Source of the DNA: the human T2T-CHM13v2.0 reference genome, Homo sapiens | Assembly (NCBI RefSeq): GCF_009914755.1 | Contig: NC_060928.1 | Strand: one strand, 5' to 3' | Length of the DNA stretch: 64,000 nucleotides | Shown: positions 1-10,776 of the stretch, piece after piece | Numbering within the stretch: the first letter of the stretch is position 1 | Layout: each line of letters opens with the position of its first letter | Translations under genes and position numbers: made by a program | The notes under the pieces: generated by a model | What the model saw: only the letters and a program-made list of their open reading frames with translations | The model's database searches: none | What the model was told of the DNA's origin: nothing

Positions 1-201
1 TTTAAAATCCCTAATAAAAACTTGCTGGTTTTGTGGCTCGGGGTCATCATCACGGTCCTACCAATATGTGATGTCATCCCCAGAGGCCCAGCTGTAAAAT
101 TCCTCTCTTTGTACTCTTTCTCTTTATTTCTCAGACCAGCCAACACTTAGGGAAAATAGAAAAGAACCTATGTTGAAATACTGGGGCTGGTTCCCCCAGT
201 A
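1..201 (+). mobile_element. 3' part of an ERVK-class LTR, MER11-like, cut by the window start
   Basis: AATAAA at 13-18 followed by 'aaaattcctctctttgtactctttctctttatttctcagacc...acacttagggaaaatagaaaagaacctatgttgaaatactggggctggttccccca', matching my recollection of the MER11 3' end. Confidence 0.75.
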
Positions 202-689
202 AATGGGAAAAAAAAATCCTTCTTACCTAAGATCCTTTTTTCCAACCAAAATCCAATCCAAGAAAAAAGTATCCTTTAAATCCAAACTCATTTCCTTAGC
301 TATTAATGCAGTTTATCATAGCTACATATTGAAAGTTACAAATATGCCAGGCTTTGTCCATGTAGAACATCATTTTTTAATCTGTCAGCTTCTGACATTA
401 ATAACACTGCAAAAAGAAGGACAGGAAATTACTCCTTTGACTCCTTCATGATAAAAAAAAATTAAAATTTTATCTGATAAAATGAAACACCCAACATAGA
501 CCTCTTATTTTATCCCATAATACACACAAAGCAGTAATTTTACTTGAACATTGCTTCCTGATGTGCCTAGTTCTATAGTTAATTCCAAAAGTCCTATATG
601 TTCAAGCAATGCTTCTCGTGTTGATTTTCTCATGTAGGTATGATCTGTTTTACTCACTGAAGCCAGAGTGGGTTTTTTTTTTTTTTAAT

Positions 690-1075
690 ATCTGATTATG
701 GCACTTAACTGCTTAAAATCCTTCAATGTCCGTACATTGTTTTTGGAATAAGAAGCTAAATCCTGGATACAACCTTCAAGGCCTTACATGATTTAGTCTC
801 AACTTCCTTTTCAGCCTCATTGCTAATTACTGTCTACTTCGATTGCTGAGCCTTGACCCCCAAACCTGCTTCCAGTTCCCTGTATGCTTCTCCTTCATAG
901 CACTTAACACAATTGATGTTAATTATTTGTGCTAAGGGTTTGCCTAATACCACTTACCATACTAGATTGTAAGCTCCATGAAAATAGCAAGTATAAACAT
1001 CTTACTTGCTATTGTATCCCGGCATCTAATCTGGTACGTGGTGCATACTCAATAAATATTTATACAGCACATGAA
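690..1075 (+). mobile_element. L2 LINE 3' fragment (ancient)
   Basis: L2 3'-end motifs 'ctagattgtaagctccatg' and 'tactcaataaatattt'; edges approximate. Confidence 0.6.
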
Positions 1076-1245
1076 TACCTAAGGGAGAATCTCATATTTT
1101 TATTTCTTTGCATTCCCTCAAGTTAAAACACAAGAAATATTATGATGAATTTAAATGTCAAATAAGACACCTAATACATATACTTAGCCTAGAACTGTGC
1201 CAGACTCAGTAATTATTTATTGCTTATTATATATTGAACACATAT

Positions 1246-1280
1246 ATCACTTCTTTGCCTTTTGACTAAGATCATGTGTA
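1246..1280 (+). pseudogene. 3'-truncated U2 snRNA pseudogene (U2 nt 1-35)
   Basis: atcacttctttgccttttgactaagatcatgtgta vs U2 5' end ATCGCTTCTCGGCCTTTTGGCTAAGATCAAGTGTA: 30/35 identical, no gaps, starts at U2 nt 1. Confidence 0.85.
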
Positions 1281-2046
1281 AGATATATTAAATGATATTA
1301 TTACTGGTCAATATCTGACTATAAAGTCATAAAACATTTACTAAAAATTGATACTAATATTAAGCCTTCCTGAAATAGTCCTATTGAATTTCCATAAATA
1401 AGAGGAAAACTTAAATGAAAGTTTGCTATTTTAACTTCTGTGGCATTTAATCAAAACAATTCAGTAGTAATGTAACTAGAATGGCCCATATAACTGGCTT
1501 GGAATGCATGTTTGGTCATATCTTGTATATTTCCATGGAATCACCCTCTCCCCCACTTGTCTGTATTAATAGAAAATCCATTATCTCTCTCTTGAGACCT
1601 ACCCTTTCCCACTCTTGAGTCCAGTGGCTTACTCACTCTAAACTCCTGGCTGATGGAGAAAACTTCCTGGGCTCAGCAAGGCTGTTGTTTCTTTCATTGC
1701 CACTAGATGTCGTTGTTGAAACCTAATATACATTCACAATCTGATGGCGGTGGCATGTCTATCCTCAGCAAAATCCTTTACAGACCCAGACCCTGTATAA
1801 CTGCACACTTGAGTGTAAATCAGGGCTCTTCAATCTCCTACTCAGATGTCCAGTTTTCTTCTCAAAGCATGAAAATCAGGCTAGGGTGGCTGAGTCTAGA
1901 GGGGTTTACAGCCCTGGTAACATATTATGTCAGAACCAACTTACCCCATGACCTGCAAACAAAGGGGCCCCAGTTCAAATATGTCTCCTTGAAATATTTT
2001 GTTTATCCATACTGTGTTTGAAATTTCATATAAAAATTTTCACACA

Positions 2047-2337
2047 GGTCGGGCACAGTGGCTCACGCCTGTAATCCCAGTATTTTGGGAAGCCATGGTG
2101 GGCAGATCACTTGTGGTCAGGAGTTTGAGACCAGCCTGGCCAACATGGTGAAACCTCCTCTCTAATAAAAATACAAAAATTTAGTTGGGCATGGTGGCGT
2201 GTGCCTGTAATCCCAGCTACTCAAGAGGCTGAGGCAGGAGAATCACTTGAACCCAGGAGGCAGAGGTGGCAGTGAGCCAAGATCACACCACTGTACCCCA
2301 GCCTAGGTGACAGAGCCAGACTGTCTCATTAAAAAAA
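2047..2337 (+). mobile_element. Alu (AluS-like), full length
   Basis: Dimeric Alu with A-rich linker and tail; flanking repeat taaaaattttcacaca / taaaaatttttcaccca. Confidence 0.95.
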
Positions 2338-2777
2338 TTTTTTTTTAATTTATAAAAATTTTTCACCCAAACAAGCTGTATCTCCAGTTTCTCTTGGATA
2401 ATACTGCAGTACTGAGCTCCTATCCGGCACAGCAACACCATCTGGGGCTGAATCGCAATAGCATCTCTCACCTCCTCCATATCAGATTGCTCAAGGCAAG
2501 CACTTCGCTGCAGTGCCCTCCACTCCACATTCCCTGATGCTGGTTGTTACTTGCCACAGCCAATTGAATGTATGGTGCCTGTTCTAGGCCCTGATGGCTG
2601 TGCAAGAGCAAAAATCCAGGGTCCACCTTTTCTCACAGGTTTTCCTATGTAGATCTGTGGCCCTTACCTGCCACTAGATGTGAGTCAAGGACACTTTTGT
2701 CCATCAGAGAAGTCTCCAGGACCTTTCCTCCCAAAAGGCTCACTGACCCCCAACCACCCAGTAACAAGCTCTGCAGA

Positions 2778-3748
2778 CAAGACCAGCCACATAATTTGCA
2801 AAGCCCAATGCAAATGGAAATTCAGGACCTTTTGTTCAAAAGTCAGGAAAAGAGTGCCAGTAAAAGTACTACTATATTAAATGTTTTCCTTTCTTCCACA
2901 GTCTCTCTCTCTTCTCCTGTCATGGTGATTTTTATTTGCTATTTAAAGTTATGCTCCCTCAGGCATGGGAATACTTGCAGGGCAAGTACAGATCTTCACA
3001 GGTGCCCAGGAGCCCTGCCTGTGACCCTATGCATGTAGCCCACGACCTCTCTGCATCCACCAAACTGACAGGCTGTGCCCTACTCAGGGGCGGAAAGGTC
3101 ATTCGCCTCTTCCCACAGTTCCATGGTCCCACTGTCCCAACCCAGAGTGGATGGGCAACCACCACGGAATGGGAACCTCCATGCCATGCATTCAGTGTCT
3201 GGATATGGTGGGCCAAAGACTTTCCTGCCAACTCACTCACCAAATGTACCGTGGAGTTACCAGCCTGGGGCAGGGACAGCCACCACCTCGCCCTGCCCTG
3301 AGATGCTGTGGGGCACACATCGACCCTGAACCTCCCATATCGGTGTTCAAGCCCCCACTAGGGGAAAAAGGCAATGGCAGAATGCTGCCCATCTCAACCC
3401 CAACACCCTTGAGGTGACCACCTCAAGCAGAAGGCACATCAGTTAATGGGGTACAAGCAGAGAGGAAGAGGCAGGGTGAGGCCAGGGTGTGAGGGCATAG
3501 GAAGCAGGTAGCCATGAACCCATCCTGGGGAAGTGGGAGGAGGGGGACCGAGAGGGAGCTGAGGCTCCATGTCCCTGGCACATGCTCCATTTTTCCATCG
3601 GACTTCACTTATGAAAATACAAATTCTAAAATAAAACTACAAGGAATGTCATGACAGCAACTGCTGAGCATTAAGCCCAGTTATGGGGCCCTTCTGAGCT
3701 GGGGATCCTGTGTGACTGCACTGTTCTCACACCCTAAGGCTGGCCCTG
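2778..3748 (-). mobile_element. MER45-family (hAT-Tip100) non-autonomous DNA transposon, near full length
   Basis: Ends 'caagaccagccacataatttgcaaagcccaatgcaaa' and 'gggcccttctgagc...ctgtgtgactgcac...ggctggccctg' match MER45 termini; 8-bp TSD tctgcaga (2770-2777) / tcagcaga (3749-3756). Confidence 0.75.
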
Positions 3749-3953
3749 TCAGCAGACAGTGGGATCTGAAGAGAAGAAACTTTGAAGCCACAAAAAGTTT
3801 TTGTTACACACTTCCTCCAGGGCCATGGGGGCCTAATTACCATATGTTTCAGAACTTAGTGGGGCACTCAAGTGACTCTTCTCTGAAGAAGAAAAGTTGG
3901 TTTGATTTATTCTGTGCACCTAGTGTAAAGGTGGCTGGCAGTTTCTTCATGTA

Positions 3954-4896
3954 CATGGTGTCCGACACAGTGGTGGAGCCCTACAACACCACTTTCTCAG
4001 TCTACCAGCTCATAGAAAATGCAGGTGAGACCTTTTGCATTGATAATGAAGCTCTCTATGACATCTGCTTCAGAACCCTAAAGTTGCCCACACCCAACTA
4101 TGGTGACCTGAACCACCTGGTATCTGCCACCATGAGTGGGGTCACCACCTGCCTGCACTTCCCAGGCCAGCTGAATGCTGACCTTGGGAAACTGGCCATA
4201 AACATGGTCCCATTCCCCCACCTGCACTTCTTCATGCCTGGCTTTATCCTGCTGACCAGCCGGGGCAGCCAGCAGTACCGGGCCTTGATGGTGGCTGAGC
4301 TCACCCAGCAGACGTTTGATGCCAAGACTATGATGACTGCCGGTGCGACCCCTGCAAGGCTGCTACCTAATGGCAGCTGCCATTTTCAGGGGCCACATGT
4401 CCCGGAGGGAGGTGGACGAGCAAATGCTTAACAGCGAAAACTAGAACAGCAGCTACTTTGCTGACTGGATCCCCCACAATGTGAAAACAGCTTTCTGTGA
4501 CATCCCACCTCCAGGGCTAAAAATGTCTGCTGCCTTCACTGGCAACAACATGGCCATCCAGGAGCTGTTCAGGCACATTTCAAAGCAGTTCACTGCCGTG
4601 TTCAGGCACAAGGCCTTCTTGCCCTGGTGTATGGGTGAGGACATGGATGAGATGGAATTCACTGAGGCCGAGAGCAACAGGAACAACCTGATGTTTGAGT
4701 ACCAACAGTACCAGGAGGAGGGAGAGTTTGAGGAGTGGGCCCAGGAGGAGGTGGCCTAGTAGAGCCTTCTGTTAGATAGAAGTGATACGAATTCTTTATT
4801 CACTCCCAGTGTGTTCTATGAAAGCTATGTCTCTCTGTGTGTGCACTTCTTGTGTGCTCACCTGTATTAAAACATTTTCATAGTAAAAAAGAAAAA
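3954..4896 (+). pseudogene. 5'-truncated processed beta-tubulin pseudogene, TUBB8/TUBB4B-like (about codon 174 to stop, plus 3'UTR and poly(A) remnant)
   Basis: Translates [57 protein letters not shown] (stop 4757-4759); frameshift near 4345; loss of the DATA segment; ATTAAA at 4866-4871 and A-run at 4885-4896. Confidence 0.95.
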
Positions 4897-6339
4897 GTTA
4901 TCTAAGTTATACACGTTTTGCATCACCAAGCACAGTAGTTAGGCAAAGAAAATCCTCTAAGAAATTCACACTTTTTGAAGAGGGTGATTAAATCATTAGT
5001 AAGATAAAATAACAGCAACAATAATAAAAGCACTGACACCTTCCCAAGCAACAGTGTTGCCACAGAGGAAAGCAACTGGCAAGTACATTTGTGCTCATTC
5101 AGATATGATTACTGCTCTTTGCTTTTAACTGGATTTGGTAGAAAAGAAAACTAATAAAAATACATGTTTTTTTAAGTGTCCAATGAAGAAAAAAAGGAAA
5201 TATAGCATATTTTATTATGGGAAGTTATCAACTTATATTGGCCAAAATCTTCTGAAGATCACCAAGTAACAGAATAGTAAACCAGTCGGGTTACAACTTA
5301 ATGAGGAGCCTCAGCTTTTCTTTCCCAGTAGAACACAGACTGATAAGGAGAAGAGATAACTATTTTCTTCCATTGTTTCCCTCCTCTTTTCATCTAAGCA
5401 CATTACACTGAATATTCTTTTAGATTATATCACCCTGGACTTTACCTTCTCTTTCTTCTTTCGACAGCATGATGTTAGCACATTTGATATCCAGCATATT
5501 TCACTATGTTCCTGATTCATAATTATATTATTTGAATTTAATGTTTTGTTGATGTCAACATTGAGATTATCATAGTTTTCATTAAGCATGTTTCATGTTA
5601 TAGTGTGTTTTGGTCACTGGCTCAGATTATACCAATAAGGATTCTAGAAAAATTACAAAGTATATTAGTTTTATGTGGCATAAATCACTGTGCAAACATT
5701 CAATTTTATTTTATAGTCTGTTTATTATTCCATCATTCCCTCCCATGATGTTAATAGTTTAAATTTTAATACTGGAATGCAACATACAACACACAAATGA
5801 TTTCATCTGGCTATTTCAATAATAAGGAAACAAATTAAATAAAAATGAAAGGGAAGTTTTTGCCAACTGCTACTTTGAAGAACTATTATTAATGCATCAT
5901 CTAATTATTGTACAACTGTGTGATTCTCAGCCTTTATGTTACTTTTTTTACCTTTTTGTGAAAAAAAAAGTCTTTTATAAAGGTTCTACCTTCAAAGAGC
6001 TCTGGAGTCCTCAATTCCAGGGGCTTCAGTATGCTTCAGTAACTGTCTAACCTCCTCAATTCCAGTGGATTCAATACACTTTAGTAAATCCCTCCCATCA
6101 CCCTACTTTGAACCTTGTCAACTCTAACATTAACCCCAAAATACTACTCTCTGACAAGTTCTTACCCTGCCAGCCCTTGACTCATCCATTGATCCTTCCT
6201 GGCCTCAAGTCCTTCCCTGCCATACGGGACACTATGGTTTACTACTTGGCATATCATTTCTCTCTAACAAGTTCAATTCTCTAGAGCATGTGTTTGATTT
6301 CATAGGCCCTAATAAACAATTTCTCAATTTCTTTGTCCT

Positions 6340-7105
6340 TCTTTCTTATGTATTCACTTACCGTTCACTGCAAGCTCCCAATCTAACCCTAATCTCCTCC
6401 TTCTCAGCAGATGGTCTTGCCTTAGATACCACTGAATACTTAGTGAAGTCTCAACCATCTTTTTGTCATCCATGCTCAGAGTAAGAGGTATGTCTCTTCC
6501 CCATTAATTATCTACTTTACTCATCATCTCAGGCATCCCACAACTTTCCCTTCCCTCTCCTTCGAGAGCTTCCCCAACTATTTCTCTTCCCCTTTCCTGT
6601 GTGTTCAACCTCTTCCCCTTACTGGGTCCATTTTTCACATTATAAGCACGCTCAACTTGGTTCACTTAAAACAATGCAAGAAAAGACACCTTCTGATCCC
6701 ACAATACCTGACCGGTTTCTCTAACACACACAGGGCTTACATTTCACATCTTATTTTCCCTACCTTGCCCTCATGCTACCTCTCTTCACCTAGTTAAATC
6801 CAACTCTTCTTTTGGATATTAGGACACGTATCAAACCTTGGGGAAATTATCCTGACTGCCCAAGCCTGATCAACTTCCATTGTCAAACACTTGCAATGAA
6901 CTGTATTCCCTCTCTTCAGAGAATTGTTCTAATTTTAATTATACATACATTAACATGATTCATTTATTAACTTTTCTTCCCATTACTCTTTAAGGTTTCA
7001 GAGAGCAGGCATCATATTCTTTTAGAACAGCATTTTACCCTCAGTGTATTACACAGATCCTGGAATATATTTGGTGTTTGACAAATATTTGTAAATGAAT
7101 GGATA
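6340..7105 (+). mobile_element. L2 LINE fragments (ancient)
   Basis: Pyrimidine-rich L2-like body ending 'aaatatttgtaaatgaatgga'; edges approximate. Confidence 0.5.
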
Positions 7106-7162
7106 TGTTCATTGATTGTATCTCTTAAATCCTCTTCTAAAAGTATATTGTAGTTTGCCCAT

Positions 7163-7541
7163 TGCTCTGGTATGCATGTGGGTGTCCCTTAAAATTCCTA
7201 TGTTGGAAATTAACCCCCAGTGTGATAATACAGCCTGTAGGAGGTGATTAGGAGGTACAGTCTTTAGGAGGTGATTAAGTCATGAGGGCTTTGCCCTCAT
7301 GAATAGAATTAGTGCTTTTATGAAAGAGGTTGAAGGGAGCTGCCTTGCCCTTCTGCCATGAGAGGACACAGCAATAAAGTGCCACTAATGAAACAGAGAA
7401 TGAGCTCTCACTAGACACCAAACCTGCCAGTACCTTGTTCGTGGATTTCCCAGCCTCCAGAACTGTGAGCAATAAATTCTGTTGTTTAAAAATTACCTTA
7501 TCTAAGGTATTTTGTTATCGCAGCAGGCATGGAGTAAGATG
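7163..7541 (+). mobile_element. MaLR solo LTR (MSTD/MLT1A-like)
   Basis: 'ggaggtgattaagtcatgagggc..gccctcatgaat', 'ttcccagcctccagaactgtgagcaataaatt', 'gtattttgttatcgcagca'. Confidence 0.85.
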
Positions 7542-9020
7542 TATTCAGAAAAAAAAATATGAGTCTTTCAGGAAAATAAAACACCCAATTTTTTCTTCAT
7601 TATTAGTGACGCTAAAAGGCAAAGAGCATGTACAAGGAGAAAAAAAAAAAGGCATTGGCTTAAGGATTGGGAAGCCAACTCCCAGTCTGTCTGCCGTGCT
7701 CAACCTCTTACACATTGTGGGAAACAGACCTGCATTTTTTTAAGGTTTTTCTGAAACCATCTAATTTTCAGAATATTGCCCATTAATGCAATTAATGGAC
7801 TATTTCAGAAGAAAACTTTGAAAACTGTATTATTTCTCAAGAAATATTTTGAAATTATTTGTATCTATTGAGCACCTACTTAACAAATGCTAATTTGGCC
7901 TATGGACTTGCTTCTAACTATGCATTAGCTCATACATGCATAGCGACCAATATACCTGGATATAACTAAGATGCCACAGAAAAGGTTTCCTTTACCACAA
8001 GGAAGCACAACCAGCCCAATTCCAATTACACATGGAAACTAGAACTTGGATACCATTTATTTCTCGGGTGAAAAGATTAGGAATATATTGTAAAAAATGA
8101 CGACAGAGTGTCCATTTCTAATGGGGAATTTTGACACTCTATTAATAATCAATTTTTCATGGATTTTCCATTTGTCTTTTTCCCAGAAGATGCCGTTATG
8201 GCATTTTCCACAGTGGTTTAAAAATGTGTATTTTCTAATAACCTTCTAATTGTAAAAAGATAAATTTTTACAATTTATCTTTCATCAAACTCTCTGCTTT
8301 GGCTTTGTCTAAAGTAAAGGATGAAAAAAATAACCTGCTTAAAAATTTTTAATAGAGTTTACCAAGATAAATTCCTTAGGTAGGTTTCATCTGGTATTCC
8401 TATTTCCAGAGACTTCACCATGTGGAAAGATGCTCGAAACTGATAATTATATAAACCTGAAGGAGAACATTTGGCTGAACATATGTAGCTGGACTTTCAA
8501 CAAAGTGTGCAATGATGTTTTATAAAAGTAATGCCACCAAGCAAGAGAGAGTCCTTTTTTAAGTCATCATAAGTAATTACATAAGTTCCCACACTCAGAG
8601 GACCAATATTTACTAAGTTTCCTAATGGCATTTAGCAACAAGTCTTACTATTAAAAAAGGAGATGTACCTCAGCAAAATATTCAGGTTGTAAATGTTTAG
8701 GGAATTAAGGAGTTGGTAGGTGGTTAATAAAACAACAAGATGCATAGCTAAGGAAAAAGCAAATGAAGCAGGAGCTGTTATTGTTTTCCATAATCACCAT
8801 ATAAGCCAAAAAATGTGGTTTATAATTATGATGTATGCATGGATTTGTCTAGAAAGACACATTGTGGTAAGGCCTACATCAAAATAAGATCAGAAAAACC
8901 TTTTCTAGTGGTAGCTATATATCACTAACCTACTAACAAAGGTACTAACTTCAACTTGCCTTGGGACTCAGCCTATGTCAAACAAGAGTCCTCTTTTGAG
9001 GATGAAAATCAGGCAGCATT

Positions 9021-9252
9021 CAGCTCACTGCAACCTCCACCTCCTGGGCTCAAGCGATCCCCCCACCTCAGTCTCCCAACTAGCTGGGACTACAGGCAAG
9101 TGCCATCATGCCCGGCTAATTTTTGTAATTTTTGTAGAGACAGGGTTTCACCATGTTGCCCAGGATGGTCTCAAACTCCTGGGCTCAAGCAATCCACATG
9201 CCTCAGTCTCCCAAATTGCTGGGATTACAGGCATGAGCCACCGTGCCCAGCC
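9021..9252 (-). mobile_element. AluJ-like, lacking its 3' end and tail
   Basis: Antisense Alu with 'ctcctgggctcaagcgatcc'; no poly(T) on the left side. Confidence 0.9.
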
Positions 9253-10479
9253 TAACATGTTGCTTAATTACACGTATCGAGCGAGTATGGTGGCTTCTTA
9301 AAAAGTTAAGTATGGAATTACCACATATGGAATATAGTCCATGGAAATTCAACTTGACCTGAATTTTAAATATATATACCTATATATGCATACACACTTG
9401 TTTTATATGTGCACCATTTGAAGTTGGCATTTATTAACAGGATATTTCTATTACTCACATGAAAAAGAGTTCGTGAGGCTTTTAGGTACACCCACCTGCA
9501 CTGCTTACCTTGCAAATTCACCCCAACCTCTTTCTTGCCTGTATGGATAGTCCCATTTACATTTCATATACCAGAGAAATCCTAAGTCATTTATTACTTA
9601 AAAACCAATGATGACATTTCTTGGCAAGGCCCCAACATTATTAATTTATGAGAGAAGGCTGTAGTAACTTATCCAAGAAGGCCACATGTTTTCTTCTCTG
9701 TCATCCTTGACCTCATTTGTGGCTGTGTTTCCTCCTTCCCTGAATGCATATTATCCCCATGATCCTGGAGGAAAAATGACTCATCTGCTCAAAGGTGAAT
9801 GTTTTGGAATATTTATTGTTTGAGACCTGGCTGACTCATGTTTATGGCTTTTCCTGTGATTTCTCTTTTATTCAGAGTTTCCTGAGCATGATCTTTTCAC
9901 CTCTCGGGACTTGTCCATGATTTTATTTCAAAGGAAATGTCCTCCCTCAAACACTACTTTCCTGAAGGGTGGCTATTTGTCCTTAAAGTCCAAGTAAATA
10001 AGAAACCCCCTCATAGAAGTTCTTCAGGGTCCTTCTTTCCATCTCTCATTGGATTAATCACAGGCATATCTGCGCTCCCAGGGTATCTTGACACAGACAT
10101 CTATGGCTGCACTTTCCTCACCACATTGCAATGTCCTTCCACTCAGAGAGGAGAGAACTGTGCACTTCCCTACTAGACTGTTGCTCTTCTCCCATGGAGA
10201 GAATTTTTTTTTGTCTCTATATTATCTGCACATAAGACAATGCCAAGAACTAATAGATTCCCAATTAGTGTTTGTTCAATGTTGATTATTTGAATTCTAA
10301 CATGTTGTCTATTATATTACTAGAGGAGCTGAGATTTAAATCCAGGCCTGTTGTATCCAAAGCCCATGATATTTCCCCTCCAACATATGATCTGTGTATC
10401 TGTTCACTAAGCCTCATTTTTTTCTTCCTCCTGACCACACAACTAGAGTTCATCTTCCAGTCATAAATAAACAAAAGTA

Positions 10480-10776
10480 AAATATGCCACTTTAAGGCGT
10501 GGCTTCTAAAAATAACTTCTGCCAATCTTGTACCATTTATTTCTTCCTTTGTTTGCTAGCTAGATTCAGAAGACCCAATAGAGGAATCCAAGACCCTAGT
10601 AAATAGCAGAGCCATTAGATAGAAAAAGTCTGGGCTCCTGAGTCACCACGTGGAGGAAGCTAGGAATATCCTAGTAGAAATATTGTGTGAGCAAAAAAGA
10701 ATACTGTATGTTAGTTATTAAGCTGCTAAAAATTTTGAAGCTTTTATTCAGCAGTTAGCCTACCCTGATTAATGTA
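10480..10776 (+). mobile_element. Old MLT1-type LTR fragment
   Basis: 'ctgggctcctgagtcaccacgtggagg', 'ttaagctgctaaaaatttt', 'agcagttagcctaccctgattaatgta'. Confidence 0.5.

Noticed and set aside
2680-3608. Cluster of overlapping ORFs as a gene or CpG-island promoter
   Set aside because: Lies largely within the MER45-like element, is CpG-depleted and shows no recognisable protein
3712-4431. 239-aa ORF as a functional chimeric tubulin
   Set aside because: Starts at GTG inside the MER45 end, lacks the N-terminal ~173 tubulin residues and frameshifts near 4345. Intron absence is not itself evidence of retroposition here, because this part of beta-tubulin genes is a single exon
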